DNA of 63,936 nucleotides, counting the filler, from Mitosporidium daphniae (Eukaryota), in assembly GCF_000760515.2 (NCBI RefSeq). It is 5 parts of 5 records of this genome, joined end to end, with 100 filler letters (N's around TTAATTAATTAA, not from the genome) between each part and the next. Parts side by side here need not be neighbours in the genome. Positions count along the whole stretch, not along the records: positions 1 to 14,640 come from NW_013546714.1; 4 more parts are not named here. The stretch is one strand, 5' to 3'. The notes under the pieces are model-generated. The model ran no database searches and was not told the DNA's origin. It saw only the letters and a list, made by a program, of their open reading frames with translations. Each line of letters opens with the position of its first letter. Within the stretch, counting starts at the first letter, position 1. Positions 1 to 12,777 of the stretch are shown piece after piece. Both the position numbers and the translations under genes were made by a program.

Positions 1-394
1 AAAGAGCTCCATATAAAAGAAATATACAGCATTCTAATGTTGACTTAACGTCCACAATAGGAACAGATTCGGAATCGAGCTTTGAATTCAAATCTCGAAT
101 TTGCCGTCGAAACCCACTTAGTATCAAGTCAAACATTCTATATTGATAATCCGAACTGAGAGATTTAATTTCTCTATTTTTAAGGGCATGGTGGCTTACT
201 TTAAAGCCTTGACCAGCTTTGCAAATAAATCTCTATTTTTGTGAAGGCCACATGAATTCTCAATAATCAAATCCTCAAAGGCTAAAGTTAGAGGTATGTA
301 AGTCAATACCTTCAAGTGTCTCATGAATATCAATCGATTCAGAAGAAGATGTAGCATTTTGGAGGGAAAGAAGAGCAGATGAAAGATCGAACAT
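1..394 (-). CDS. 5' part of an intron-containing gene running off the window; possibly condensin subunit Cnd1/Ycs4 (CAP-D2)
   Basis: ATG at 394; removing GT-AG introns 282-309 and 174-199 gives MFDLSSALLSLQ...HETLEAFEDLIIEN...RMFDLIL, and a later exon reads LECCIFLLYGAL; weak resemblance to the Cnd1 N-terminus. Confidence 0.4.
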
Positions 395-719
395 CACGGC
401 GTGGAAGTTGAAGTTGAAATTGAAATTGAAGTTTTATTGGCGCTTAAAACCTAAAGTGGCTCGAATTCTATTATAGCTTTCCGCTAACCCTTAAAGGCAA
501 AAAAGCATAACCCTGATCTCAAAGTAAGAACCCGCCCATACCCTTAGTCTTTAAACGCACACCTAACCCGAACTTGTGCAGCAAGATTTAAGAAAATTGA
601 ACCTTTTTAAAAATTTAGAAAGTCATTTATCGATGTATTACATGGTGCTTACACTGGATACCAGTCGGGGTATGCATCTGCTTGGTTAAATTAATTTCAA
701 ATTAAGGTTAAGAGCACTA

Positions 720-1430
720 TGGAAACAGATTTAATACCGCTTTACAAAGAAATTTTGAATTTTGAACCAAATAAATTGGGGCGGATGGTAAAATTGAGGC
801 AATTGCATAAGAAACACCACTAGTTAAAAGGATTAATTTCATCTCCAAGCTTTCAAGCAGGCTGATGATAAAATGCCAAAAGCTCAGATAAAGATTTCAC
901 GTAGTGAGTATGCGCCAACCATAGGCCTTTACCTCAAATGCCCTTCCTGTGGTATAAATCTCAGTCAGAGAAGTACATTTTCTGGATAAGATGAAAACTG
1001 GCCGGAGTCAAGAAAGACATTAACCTTTTATGAGAAATTGTCTTCTCAAAAAAGATTGCTCATCCCTTGAAGTTCCAATCGGGTTAGATTGATCTTCTAC
1101 AGCGTTTTCGGAGTTACTCAGGCGATATCCACCGATGCGATTCTCCGTCCGAAAAAAAAGTAATAACCACATAAACATTCAAATTGCTGCCTTTACACAG
1201 CTAATAGCTTTTCAAGCAAAGTAGTAAGCAGCTATTAAGTATTCAACGCTGTATAAGCCAATCGGGATATGTGGATGAGTTTTTAGTACAATTTGCCAAT
1301 GGCAGAATTTTCGAATATCTGCGTCTCGGTGGGCATGATCAATAATAATAGAGGCCACTATTTTTGCAATTCAAATTCAGATCCCAAAGAAAAGGCAGTC
1401 GAAAAAAGATAACGGGGCCAGAAGAATAGG
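720..1430 (+). mobile_element. Degenerate Merlin/IS1595-like transposase relic
   Basis: Frameshifted and stop-riddled, with motifs in transposase order: GLYLKCPSCGINLSQRSTF, STICQWQNFR, RLGGHDQ then IIIEATIF. Confidence 0.3.
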
Positions 1431-3261
1431 GGGAAATTAACCCTTCAGTGAGAAAAATACTGAATCGCAATGCTCAGTTTGAGTGCTAACCTAATCATAA
1501 GGTTGCTTATGCTATCCCTTTTTAAGACCATCAACCTCCTTAACTGGACAATACGAAACAATTCTCTCGGCGACTTAAAGAGATAACCTTGAATACCATC
1601 TGATGCATAAATAGAGGTATTTTCCAATCAACGAATCTATGGCAATTGATCCGAGCTCAAGTGAACCGCTCTAAAGCCTATGGATATGAGTTTATTTAAA
1701 ATTCGGAATATGGACCCTATTGCTTAAGGATACCTATTTGGCAGGATAGAATTAATTTTAAACTGCCATCACTGTTTTTATTTAGTTTGAACATGAAGCT
1801 ATTTAGCTTGTGGGGCATGTTTATCTAGTGAGGAAGCTTCTTTGTGCATTTTCAGAGCTAGAGGTTGGTATTCGGGGCATCGGTCTTGGCTTATACCCGG
1901 AAGGGGTTTGGCTTCGGCTAAACCCCCAAAGACTATGTTTCCATCGACTAAGGAACGAGCAAAAAGATAATAAAACTATAAGAAAGAAATTTGGATTTCC
2001 ATTGGGGTGAGTAAGTTGGAAAAAATTGCTGGCATTTTATAAATCATTTTCCACCAATGACGATGCTAAGCTAAGAATTTAGACGCGGCTAGTTCGCACA
2101 ACTTTTACAGCTAAATTCAGTGGTTCTAAAAAAAATTCCACCCCAGTTAAGTGAAAGGACCGACGAGTTATCTCTAACCCGACCCGATAAATTAATCTAT
2201 AAATATTTAGTACATGGCGGGTATCATGACGATCGGGGCTGACACCTAATTTTGTTCAGAGAAATACTGGCTCTATTAATATTTCTCATCGATGGATGAA
2301 GCCAAAAAAATTAATTAAATGCGGGATCAGAGCCGGTTATGACGGATCAAGTTTAATCAAAGAATGCAGTCAAAGCCCGCGTGTCTGCCGTGAAATGCCC
2401 TTGCTGTGATCCATTCGTTGAAATGGAGCTTCTTATTAGCATCTTTGATAATACAACAATATGATGTTCTATTTTCCAAGAATACACGGTGGATACTTAT
2501 TTGTACATATCTCACACTAATATCAGCCCCATTCACGGCTCCAGGATTTTCAATTGCATTCCTGTCAAACTTGTAAAACAGTCCGAATTTCTGCCCTACT
2601 AAAATAGGAGAAGATTATATAAAGCCCATATGGCTCGCCTCCCTCATGCTCTATATTTCAAAGAACATAAAGAGCTTCAGTCTTCTATTAAAGCAGGAAT
2701 TATGCTCTCTTTCACAACCATCATTTTGAATGTTCCATGCAATGAATATCAGATGAGATTGAATTTAACCCCATATTTTGGCCTTCCAAAGCATTTTCTT
2801 TTAACTGCGGCCGTGTGAAGACGCGCATACATTAATGAAGTAGGGTTTGTTGGGCATATATCAACCCAAATCGTTGAGAAATATCTTGGCCTATGCTTTT
2901 TATCTTCTAGACCCCTTCTCTATGCAAGATGGAGTCGCCTACCGTATAGCCTCCCTCTAACCTCAAATAAAATTTCAAATTTAGCGTGCCTATTAGTTCA
3001 TATAGACGGATATCAAGCCATATAGGCCAGTCCCAGCCCCTTGTGCCAAAGCAAAACATTGCGAAGCTACCCTTAGAAATATAAATTAATCAAGCGAGAC
3101 ATCTTGGCATATTCACGGTTAAAATTGAAGCGAGAGTTTATATAAACAATAAACCAACGGTCCAAGAGATTTAATGGCAGAAGTGCAGGATGCTCTTATT
3201 CGTTGTGAAATAAAATAGCTTTTTAAATATTTATAAAAATCTTATTCACTGATAAAGCTGT

Positions 3262-3343
3262 GACACCTTGTCCGAGTGGTTAAGGAGTATGGCTAGAAAT
3301 CATATGGGCTTCGCCCGCGTAGGTTCAAATCCTGCAGGTGTCG
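3262..3343 (+). tRNA. tRNA-Ser(AGA)
   Basis: Acceptor stem GACACCT/AGGTGTC, D-loop AGTGGTTAAGG, anticodon loop CTAGAAA, long variable arm GGGC-TTC-GCCC, T-loop GGTTCAAATCC, discriminator G, followed by a T-run Pol III terminator. Confidence 0.96.
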
Positions 3344-3711
3344 TTTTTTACAAAATTAATGTTTGAGGAAGAGTATGAAATATTTCTCCTACGCAAACTA
3401 TGTGATGCCCGATTTGTGGGTGTTAGTAAGCACTTTGACATGGCCGTTTTATTTGGCAAAGGACATTTCACATTAGAATCGCATTGTCCCAGCGCAGCTG
3501 CAATTTGGACCTATCTTTCCAGTTTATACTATTTTGACCATTTAAATGAGCTAAATAAGCCCGACTTGGTATATTTATTCCTTTGATTAATGGATATTTT
3601 AGTTCAATCTCGACGAGGACACAAAAACAGACTTCAAACTTCCTGCAGCTATTTATTCATCTGATTGAATTTCGAAAAACTGAAATTCCAAATAATAAAT
3701 AAATACTTTTT

Positions 3712-4483
3712 ATGTCCCATTCTCCTAGCCATGAGGTTTCCACTGATGAAATTCAATTGTTTGATTTCCCAACACTTGCGCCTTCGGAATTTAACGTTTC
3801 ATGCTCACTATCGATATTTCCTCTTAACAATTATTCTTTCGGGAAGAAAGATGGCATTCCTTGGGATCCCTTTTCTTCTGTTAGCAAATCCTGTCTTATG
3901 GAGGCTTTTTTGTCAAAAGGTTTATTTATGCGCTTTTTTTAGGCATGGTGCAATCGGTAGAGGCCATGCTCATTATCCATCAATATACACACCCTCACGT
4001 TTTGCTCTTGCAAAAAGGAAATAACTTTGCCTTGTAAGAATGACGAATCTTATTTGTAGACCGGGTGGGAGGTTGTTGTTAGGCGAGGATCAGTCTGAAG
4101 GGCTGTCTAGAATACTTTCCGATCAATTAGCACCTCAATCTTCATCAAAATTTACCACATGGAACATTTCCGATTGTCTTTCTGTGTGGTATCGACCAGG
4201 GTTTGAGAATAAATTTGTAGGGGACATTTTCTCACTCTAGTATCCTTATCCACTTCCCCACATAACCATTCCAAAAGAAGAAAAAAGGCTGTATCTTGTT
4301 CACCTGCCAGAATCACGTTAGTAGCCTTTTTTAACCCTTTTGCTAGAGTTGTTTTCCATTCCCTTGGGCATGACTCTTGTGGCAATTCCATTTTTTGAGC
4401 TGTATGAAAACGCCAACCGCTTTGGTCCGCTAATCGCAAGTGTTCCCTATCTAATTTCTCGATACCATTTAATTGTTCAATAA
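3712..4483 (+). CDS. NUDT21: Cleavage factor Im 25 kDa subunit (CPSF5), 4 micro-introns
   Basis: Spliced product contains IFPLNNYSFGKK, VEAMLIIHQYTHPHVLLLQ, LPGGRL, WYRPGFE, YPYPLPHITIPKE, LVAIPFFELYENANRFGP; TAA at 4481-4483. Confidence 0.9.
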
Positions 4484-4507
4484 ATAAAATTAATTTTATT
4501 TTACTCT

Positions 4508-5135
4508 TTACTTTGCCCTTAGATAATTCATTAGGAACATAAAGGTCTTCAGTTGGATTCGGATGTATTTGGACGCTAAAAAATTAAATTGGAAATCAAA
4601 ATGGTACCTTCTTGTAAGACACGCTGTCTACATAGTTTGGAAAACATTTTTGTCGACGGGACAACGCTTTTAAGTTCCTCGGTTGCAATCAACAAGGATA
4701 ACTCTTTGTAGTCTGATTTAAAGGCGGTGGGTGTTTGGGGTATACTGTTTTCAATGCTCAGATCAAGCTCGGTTGCGTTTGAAAGAACCAAGGTGTCAAT
4801 AGCTTGTTGGTTGTATTTTTCCAAATGTAAAGCAAGATATGGCAGTGTATTGCCTGTATTTTCTTGAAGGCTTGCAGTTGTGCCAGCAACTGGTCTCTTA
4901 AAGATATTTCTTCCCTCTGCAGAGCCCTGCTCAGGGAAATGAGGCGCGGATCTCAATAACGAAAGGTTCTGCTCTTCGCAGTCACGGTGGAAACTAGTGG
5001 CCTCATTCTCGAACGAGGTACCAAACGTATTATCATCTGTTGAAGCATCAAGCGAAAACTGCTGTTCTAAAATATCGGAAATTGCTATATGTTGGTTAGG
5101 AAAGAATGCTTACAATAATCGTAAACAAAAGACAT
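4508..5135 (-). CDS. Hypothetical protein, 2 micro-introns
   Basis: ORF 4576-4956 extends to ATG 5135 and TAA 4508 through GTAAGC..TAG and GTACC..TAG introns. Confidence 0.55.
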
Positions 5136-5348
5136 TTGCTTTGAAAACGAATTGATGAATTCCGGTTATTAATTAGCGGGAAAGAATGCCCCCATTGGTA
5201 CAGGCATTTATGGGGAACAAATAACAACCAGCCTGGGCTTCATTGGCATTTAATTAAAATTTGATAAATTGCTAAACTTGAAAATTAATCGCTAATTTGC
5301 CAAAATTGTACACCGGTTCCACACATCGGTTACACTTATCAACAGGTA

Positions 5349-6768
5349 ATGGTTCTCTGTCAATCAAGATTAAAGGCAAAAAGAGATATCGAACATATTA
5401 GATACAAGGAATTTTACAAACGACCGTCCATTTTAAGGTACGAGTTTTTTGCTTACCATTAGCTCGTGGGCGAAATCTTCGGATGTAAAATCGATCCATA
5501 ACATTCTCATGCTCAGCTTGATGGCATTTTTTAGTCTATATCTTCTAAATGGGCCCTCTTCGGCGAAAATAGAATATCCAACTTTTCCGCATTCCCTATT
5601 TGGAGCAGTTATTCCTTCGTGTGCTTTACTCTTTCTCGTTTCCATAGGCTCTGCTTATCTTTTGAGGGTTCTGGTGATAGACATTAATTGCAACTTACGT
5701 TGGATATATTTCCTGCATGCAATTCTGCATATGATGCTACTGGTATTGTCAGTTTCTGCCTGCTTATTTAATACGGCTTCGATTTGTGATCGCATTCTGA
5801 TATTGCTTGAGCAAATAAGATTAAATCTTAAGCTTTATTCTGTCTTCAGAACCATTGTTGGATCCAAATTTGGACAAAAGATGTTTTCCCGGCGAATTTC
5901 GGTGGAAAATCCATTTTCCGCTTCAAAGCTTTTGTATTTTTATTTTGCACCTGTTTTGATTTACCAAAGCTTCTATTTAAGAGTCGCTAACGACAAAAAA
6001 GGGGGCTTATTTAGATTTTTGTACGATTCGGCCTGTCATGTTTTCAAGTTTTGCGTTTCCGTGTATCTTTTGCTATTCATTTTCCACCAGGTCATTGGCC
6101 CATATTTTGCGAATCTAACGATTGCCGATGCGAAAGGCTCCTTTTGGTCAAATACTCCTCTATTTAATGACTTTGAATTTTTAAAGAAATCTCTTGGTCT
6201 ATTTTGTTGCCTGGGCACGCCGATCTTTCTTCTGTGCTTTTTCTTTTTTTTTGAGGCCTGGATGAACTTTTGGGCAGATATTCTTTCTTTTGAGGATCGC
6301 TCTTTTTATGAGGACTGGTGGAATTCGTGTTCCTTTTCTCAGTTCTATCGAAAATGGAACTGTATTGTGCACGACTTTTTATACACGTACTTGTATGGCG
6401 ATTTTATTCGGTATTTCAGGGAGTCATCTATTGTCGATCCATCGCTGGCCAAAGGAATTTCAGCCCTCCTGGTCTTTAATATTTCGGCTGTTGTTCATGA
6501 ATTTATCATTTCTTTTTCGTTGGGATTTTTTTATCCCGTATTATTCATATTATTTAGCGGCCCTGGTGTTGTCCTCTGTGCTTTTTTCCAAAAAGCCACG
6601 TACGATCGCAGACTTAATGCTATCTTTTGGCTGTTCATGTTTCTCGGTCTTGGGCTAACCATATTCCTTTACTCCTTCGAGTATTGTTGTAGAACCTTGC
6701 TTTTTACTCATATTTTTGATACCTATGCGGTTGATCCATTGGTAAGCCATCTCTTTTTTTCTCGTTAG
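5349..6768 (+). CDS. Sterol O-acyltransferase (MBOAT; ARE1/ARE2/SOAT family)
   Basis: FYEDWWNS, WNCIVHDFLY and SAVVHE motifs, multiple TM segments; short first exon from ATG 5349. Confidence 0.88.
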
Positions 6769-7059
6769 AAACATTTTGGCCCGATGTACCTATTAATCCC
6801 AGTTTCGGTTTGTCCCTCTTTTTACGGGATAACCATTTCAATAGATCAACTTTAGCGATCCTTCAATTTTCACTTGCCAGCTATGAAAATTTTTATCAAC
6901 CCTTAATAAATATTTTCGCCATCCAAAGGATTGCTGTACAAAGCGGTGTGAATTTGCTTGTCTGCCAATTTGGCAAATTGTGTGTTGAGCTAGCAATTTA
7001 AATTTTCCATCTAAATTTTGAATTGTAGCTTTAAATAATTTATAGCCCGTTTTACCAAC

Positions 7060-9776
7060 ATGCCTCCATCGAAGGGCTCCTCAAATAAAAAACGGAATAA
7101 GGCAGCAGATTCTGATCTTGCAGCCTTGACACCCTTAAAACCGACATCCGGAAAGAGGATCCTTAAACAAAAGGAAAGGAATATTCATGACGCTCCGCCC
7201 ACGATTTTCAGCCCCGTACTGGGTTCTCCCAAGGCCAAAAGGACTCGAATAGACATCAACGCACTGAAATCTGCAACCATAGGGTCTCCAAATTCTCCTT
7301 CCGTTGCATTGAACGCCAAGTACCTGTTGTCTCCCGGCACAAACAATGCCAAGGATGCTCTATTGGATGGAGTTTTTGGCTCTCCATCAAGCATACTGTG
7401 TGCAACTTCAAAGTTAACCAAGGAGCAAAAACAGGCTTCTTTTGAACAGTGGCTAAAGGCCGCAACTGCAAATGTACTTTTTCACTTGAAACTTTATGAC
7501 ATAGAAAATCAATTCCAAAAATAGTTGGAATCTGCCCTTAATTGATTGCTTGAGCGATATGACTCTACTGAAGGACAATAATGATGATATAAACTTCCAA
7601 AAAGCATCATCTACCTTAGACGGATGTGTAAAGATATATTCCTCCAGGGTTGAATCGGTGGTGGTAGACACGGGCAAATTGCTTTCTGGGCTCACCACGT
7701 CTGCTGGATTAAATTCCATTGAGAACGAGGGTTAGTTTCCTACCTTTTCTCAAATTTAGACATCAACTTGAGGAATTCTGACGATGATGAAAGTGATACA
7801 GAAAACAGGCCTTCAAACAAGTTGAATGAAAAGGTTCCCAATAAGCATAAGAAAAAGGTTTGTTTTCAGCCGCCTAACTCTGGAATTAGCTGGGAAAATC
7901 TTCTGAAACACTTGCAAAGACGTTCGAGTCGATAAATGTCAAATCCTTTGACCTTGATACTTCGTTAGATCCGCTATTTAAAAAAATCTCGGCCGAGTTT
8001 GATGAAGGCGGATATAAAGGTCTTTTGTTCAATAGACTTTCCATTGATCAATCTGGATCTTACATGCTAGACCCGAGCGGAATCTTTTTTATGTCTCAAG
8101 ACCAAATGGAACATGATGGAAATATCGAGTTCAATACGCAGCAAAGAGATCACATCATTGAGGGAGATGGCCAAGAACCTAACAAAGCTTTTGATGAAGG
8201 ATTACTAGCTGGGATAGGGTCTTTTTTGAAATCATTTACCCAGATTCCTTGTACTATATCGCCTTCTTTTGAAGGGTTTCAGAAAGAATTTCTTGATGTA
8301 AAATCTGCGGAGCCTTTCGATTTTGGCGAGGACGTGATTGCAGAAATTTTGGAACAATTAAAGCTTTCTTCTGCCGTCGATTACGATACAATGCACATTG
8401 ACTCTAGCTTTGAGGATGGAGTTTCTTCAAAGGTAGAACACCTTCAAATCCCAGATTATCCCTTGACTCTCGACGAAACAGGAGAGGAAGATGGCTATCA
8501 TTTTCCAAGCGAACAAAGATTCGGAAATGATGATGACGATGAGAATTGTGGGAATGTTGAGCATATGCATGAAGATGCGTATCAAGATCCTTCGCCCACT
8601 CTTGCCCAAATGGTTCAAAATTCGTTTAGTAGTACCTCTTTTCTTGCTAACCCATCTGCCATTCTGGAGGCAAATGAAGCAACCAATTCTGTCGATGTAT
8701 GTAGCTCTAGATCCAATCTATTTGCTTATTTCGATGGGATGGCTCATAAGAACTGGGCGGGTCCAGAACATTGGAAACTTCGCTTGATGCGAAAGGACCA
8801 TTCGGTTACGTCCGGTAAAAAGATTAGACAAAAAGTGACCATCAAGACCCATCTGATCGACTTTTGCACTGCTCCTGAGGTCGATATCAAGAGTTTATTT
8901 GTCAAATTTGATTCACAGCATCACATCACATTGACTCCTGAAATTTTACTATCCGAAAAGAACAGGACTCGTAACATGTTGCCAGAAGATTTAAATATTT
9001 CATCAAAAGATCTCTTTTCAATGTTTTGCAAGCCTAATTGGTGGTTTGCCGATAACATAAAGCGACCATCTAGTGGAGCATATAAAGCCTCAGAGGAGCC
9101 AATCGAAGAGACCGCTGAAAAGCTTCTGCATACGCAAGGGGCCAAGTTTCTAGTAGAAAAAGGGCTTGAGGCAATGGTCGAGACCAATCAACGAACACAT
9201 GCCATTTCTGATGACTTTTCACAACCAGACGATGACATACCTTTTGAGCCTTTTGACCACGGCCATGAGAACCATGGTGACGACATTAACGGCGATGACA
9301 ATGATCATGATGGTGATGATCATCGTCTTTTAGGAGCTAGAGATGCCTCTGATGAGTCTCTCTTTTCGCAGCCATTTTCGCAGCTCTCTCTTGGGGAAGA
9401 TTTCCCTTCCATTCCCTCATCCTCCTCTTTGAGTAAGGATTGGGGGCCAATGGGCTCTCCAAAGTTCCTCCGGGTCGATTCAATCTCCTATTGCAAAGTA
9501 TCCAAGCGGGTAAATATGCATCGCCTCAAATCGACCATGTGGACCAGCCTTTCAAACTCATTTTCATCAGAGGATGAAATACGGCTCAGTAGCGTTATTT
9601 CTGCCATCGATGCGCAAGCAATGGGTGGCGAGAAAAAGAAGGCGGAGCTCTCTTTTCCTTATTGCTTCATTTCGCTCCTTCATCTAGCAAATGAACACAA
9701 TCTGATCCTTGCGCTAACGGCCACCCATTCTGACATCGCCATCAAAAAGCAAACCAGTAAATCACAATATTTGTAA
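7060..9776 (+). CDS. BRN1: Condensin complex subunit 2 (barren/Brn1/Cnd2/CAP-H), intron-containing
   Basis: NKINSKNSWNLPLID, NFQKASSTLDGCVKIYSSRVESV, DPLFKKISAEFDEGG, NWAGPEHWK, CFISLLHLANEHNL. Confidence 0.93.
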
Positions 9777-9998
9777 AGAACCCATAGCCAAGGCTTGATT
9801 AGGATTTTAGAGGCCCCGGTGCGACATCCGCACCGCATGTGAGCCGAAAGTGCTCATGTTATTCCAAAATGTTAAAGGGTTGAGGAGCATGGGAGTTTAA
9901 ATGATCATGTGCTACAGTACGTGAAAATAAAATGTTTGAGGTATAAAATGATGGGTTTATGGCAGCAGATTGAGCTTGGCATTGGGCTCCCTCAATGG

Positions 9999-11957
9999 TT
10001 AGTAGACGCGCTTGGCGAGCGGAATGCTCTTGCACTCGGCCTCGTCCAATGTAGTTTGGACAACATCTCTGTACTTGACGGTCACAGCCTTGTCGTCGCT
10101 GAGACTTGCGTCGTGCCATGTGAGCGTATGTTTGAGGAATCGCTCGTCATCGCGTTCTTTGTAGTCTTCTCTTGCATGGGCGCCTCTAGACTCTTTTCTC
10201 TCACGCGCAGCAAACATTGTCTGCACTGCATTGGTCATCAAATTTTGTAGCTCAAGCATCTCGATCAATTCAGAGTTCCTAGATAAAAGAAGTGGAAAAA
10301 TACCAAATCAAAGAAGTGTCCGAGATTTTGAGTCGTTTCAACTGCTGTGCAACTTCAAGGATTTCCTTTGAACCTTGGTCAAGGGTTTCTTGTGTTCTGA
10401 ACACCGCAGCATATTTTTGCATAGTTTTTTGCATAGCAAGCCGAATTTGGGCTGTCGAAAGATCGCCCTTCGAGGAAAGCAGATTCTCTAAATTCTGCAA
10501 GGTCTTGAATGTGCTTGACGAAGGATCATCGACCGAAGCGACCTTTACTGATGCTAAAGAAAAGTATATACACCCACTCTACCTCCAGATTTACCTCCAG
10601 GTTTCGTTGTCTCTTGGATATGTTGAGCACAGGCACGGCCAAAGACCACAATATCCAATAATGAGTTGGCTCCCAGTCTATTAGCCCCATGCACAGAGAC
10701 ACACGCAGCCTCTCCGGCAGCATATAGACCTGAAACTAACGTTTCCTTTCCTATTTGATAGGATTAGAAGGCAATACCGGTAGACTTATCCGCTGTAAGA
10801 ACTTGCCCAGTGTAGCGCGTCGGAATTCCGCCCATGTTGTAATGGACAGTTGGCAACACGGGAATGGGCTCCTTGGTGACATCAACACCAGCAAATATGG
10901 CTGCCGTTTCAGAAATTCCAGGAAGTCGCTCCTTTAGAACTTCGCTAGGAAGATGGGACAGTTGGAGCAGGATGTGATCTTTTTCAGGACCCACTCCTCG
11001 GCCTTCCGCAATCTCAATAGTCATGGCTCGAGAAACGATATCTCGCGATGCAAGGTCCTTGGCTGTAGGCGCATATCTAGCCATGAAAGGTTCACCGTTT
11101 GCATTCAAAAGGAATCCACCTTCCCCTCTGCACCCCTCAGTGATAAGACATCCTGAACCATATATGCCTGTCGGGTGAAACTGAACAAACTCCAAATCTT
11201 GCAGCGGTAGCCCAGCTCTGGAAACCATTGCGGTTCCATCTCCAGTACACGTGTGGGCGGAAGTACAAGAGAAATAGGCCCTCCCATATCCTCCGGTTGC
11301 CAAAACAACAGAAGAGGAGAAAAAGCGGTGAATGGTGCCATCCTCCATGCTTAGGGCAATGACACCACGACATGAGCCATCTTCGTCCATAATTAAGTCA
11401 AGGACAAAGTACTCGACAAAAAATTTTGTCTTATGACGAAGAGCTTGGCCATAAAGCGTATGAAGAATTGAATGCCCAGTGCGGTCAGCAACGGCAGCAC
11501 AGCGGTAGGCCTGACCGCCCTTTCCATAGTTCAAAGACTGCCCCCCAAAAGCGCGTTGATATATTGTCCCGGAAGGTGTCCTCGAAAACGGAACGCCATA
11601 ATGCTCGAGCTCGATAACGGTACGAGGCGCTTCTTTACACATGTAATGGATGGCGTCTTGATCTCCAAGCCAATCGGAGCCTTTCACAGTATCGTACATA
11701 TGCCAACGCCAATCATCCGGGCCCATGTTTCCAAGCGCGGCATTGACGCCTCCCTGTGCAGCAACGGTGTGTGAACGGGTTGGAAAGAGTTTTGAAACGC
11801 AGGCGACGTTAAACCCAGCCTGGGCAAGTCCAAATGCGGCTCTAAGTCCAGCACCGCCAGCACCAACGACAACAGCATCATAAGAGTGATCAACAATAGT
11901 AAACTTGGAATAAAACCGTCTCAAAGAGAGAGATGCACGTAGGCGACCCCAATTCAT
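9999..11957 (-). CDS. SDH1: Succinate dehydrogenase flavoprotein subunit, micro-introns near the 3' end
   Basis: [57 protein letters not shown]; Arg/Ser-rich mitochondrial presequence [15 protein letters not shown]. Confidence 0.97.
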
Positions 11958-12128
11958 GTCCAAAATTGCTAATGGCCCGATATTAATAAACACCTTGCAA
12001 TCTTGCTGGCTAAATTGAAGGTATTTTAAAATTTGCAGTCTGCAAAGCGTAGACATCAATCAGGACATTTTTAATGGCCTTTAAACCCTTCAAATTACAG
12101 CACTGACCGACCAGATGAGGATTTCTAT

Positions 12129-12148
12129 ACACACACACACACACACAC
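12129..12148 (+). repeat. (AC)n microsatellite
   Basis: About 10 AC units just upstream of ATG 12180. Confidence 0.9.
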
Positions 12149-12179
12149 ATTCAAAGGAGACGCCAAATTTTTACACAAC

Positions 12180-12677
12180 ATGAGGGTACGCACAAAAAAA
12201 CGAGTCATTCCACAATGGCAAAACGAAAGCGTCATTGTGGTTGAAAACGAACACCCACTTCGAATGCTGAGAAATAGAATCGGGATATTTACTAGAGGCT
12301 CCCATTCAAATACAATTTCCCCATCAAAGTGTCTCAAAGCTAAAAAAGAAGAAAGCAGCGAAAAAAGTGTTATCCCACCAATTGTGGGAAGGATCGACCT
12401 GAATAGCTCACCAATCATAGCAAGAAAAAGTGCCTCTTGCTTGATTTCTATTAAAAAGGTTTCTGACTCCATACCGACCAATGATCTTTCTGGATTTGGA
12501 ACGGCCTGTTCTCGATCTGCCTCCATTTTAAAATATGATGTAGTAGACCCTTTTAAACTGCAGCACGAATCCATACTGAAACTACTGGACCCAGATGTCC
12601 CTGAGCATGGTATTACCAGATATAGTGATGAATGGTCATTTTCTGAGCATTCGGGGTTATCTTCGCTCTCCGATTGA
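12180..12677 (+). CDS. Hypothetical protein
   Basis: 165-aa ATG-started ORF filling the space between SDH1 and DBP3; no family recognised. Confidence 0.5.
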   Translation: MRVRTKKRVIPQWQNESVIVVENEHPLRMLRNRIGIFTRGSHSNTISPSKCLKAKKEESSEKSVIPPIVGRIDLNSSPIIARKSASCLISIKKVSDSIPTNDLSGFGTACSRSASILKYDVVDPFKLQHESILKLLDPDVPEHGITRYSDEWSFSEHSGLSSLSD

Positions 12678-12777
12678 GGCAAGCATATTAAATATTTGGG
12701 TGGAGGATAATCCAGCAAATTAAATCTCGGATCTATTGCGAGTTTTTAATTAAATTTTTTACTTGTTTTCATTTTAC

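Noticed and set aside
3338..3586. 82-aa ORF after the tRNA
   Set aside because: It begins inside the tRNA gene and shows no recognisable motif.
9781..9893. SRP RNA or hammerhead ribozyme identity for the Y-shaped element
   Set aside because: It lacks the SRP helix-8 internal-loop consensus and the CUGANGA core; it is kept only as an unassigned structure.
12125..12718. 197-aa minus-strand ORF
   Set aside because: It has a non-ATG start, ends in the AC microsatellite and overlaps a more plausible + strand ORF; the strand choice remains uncertain.
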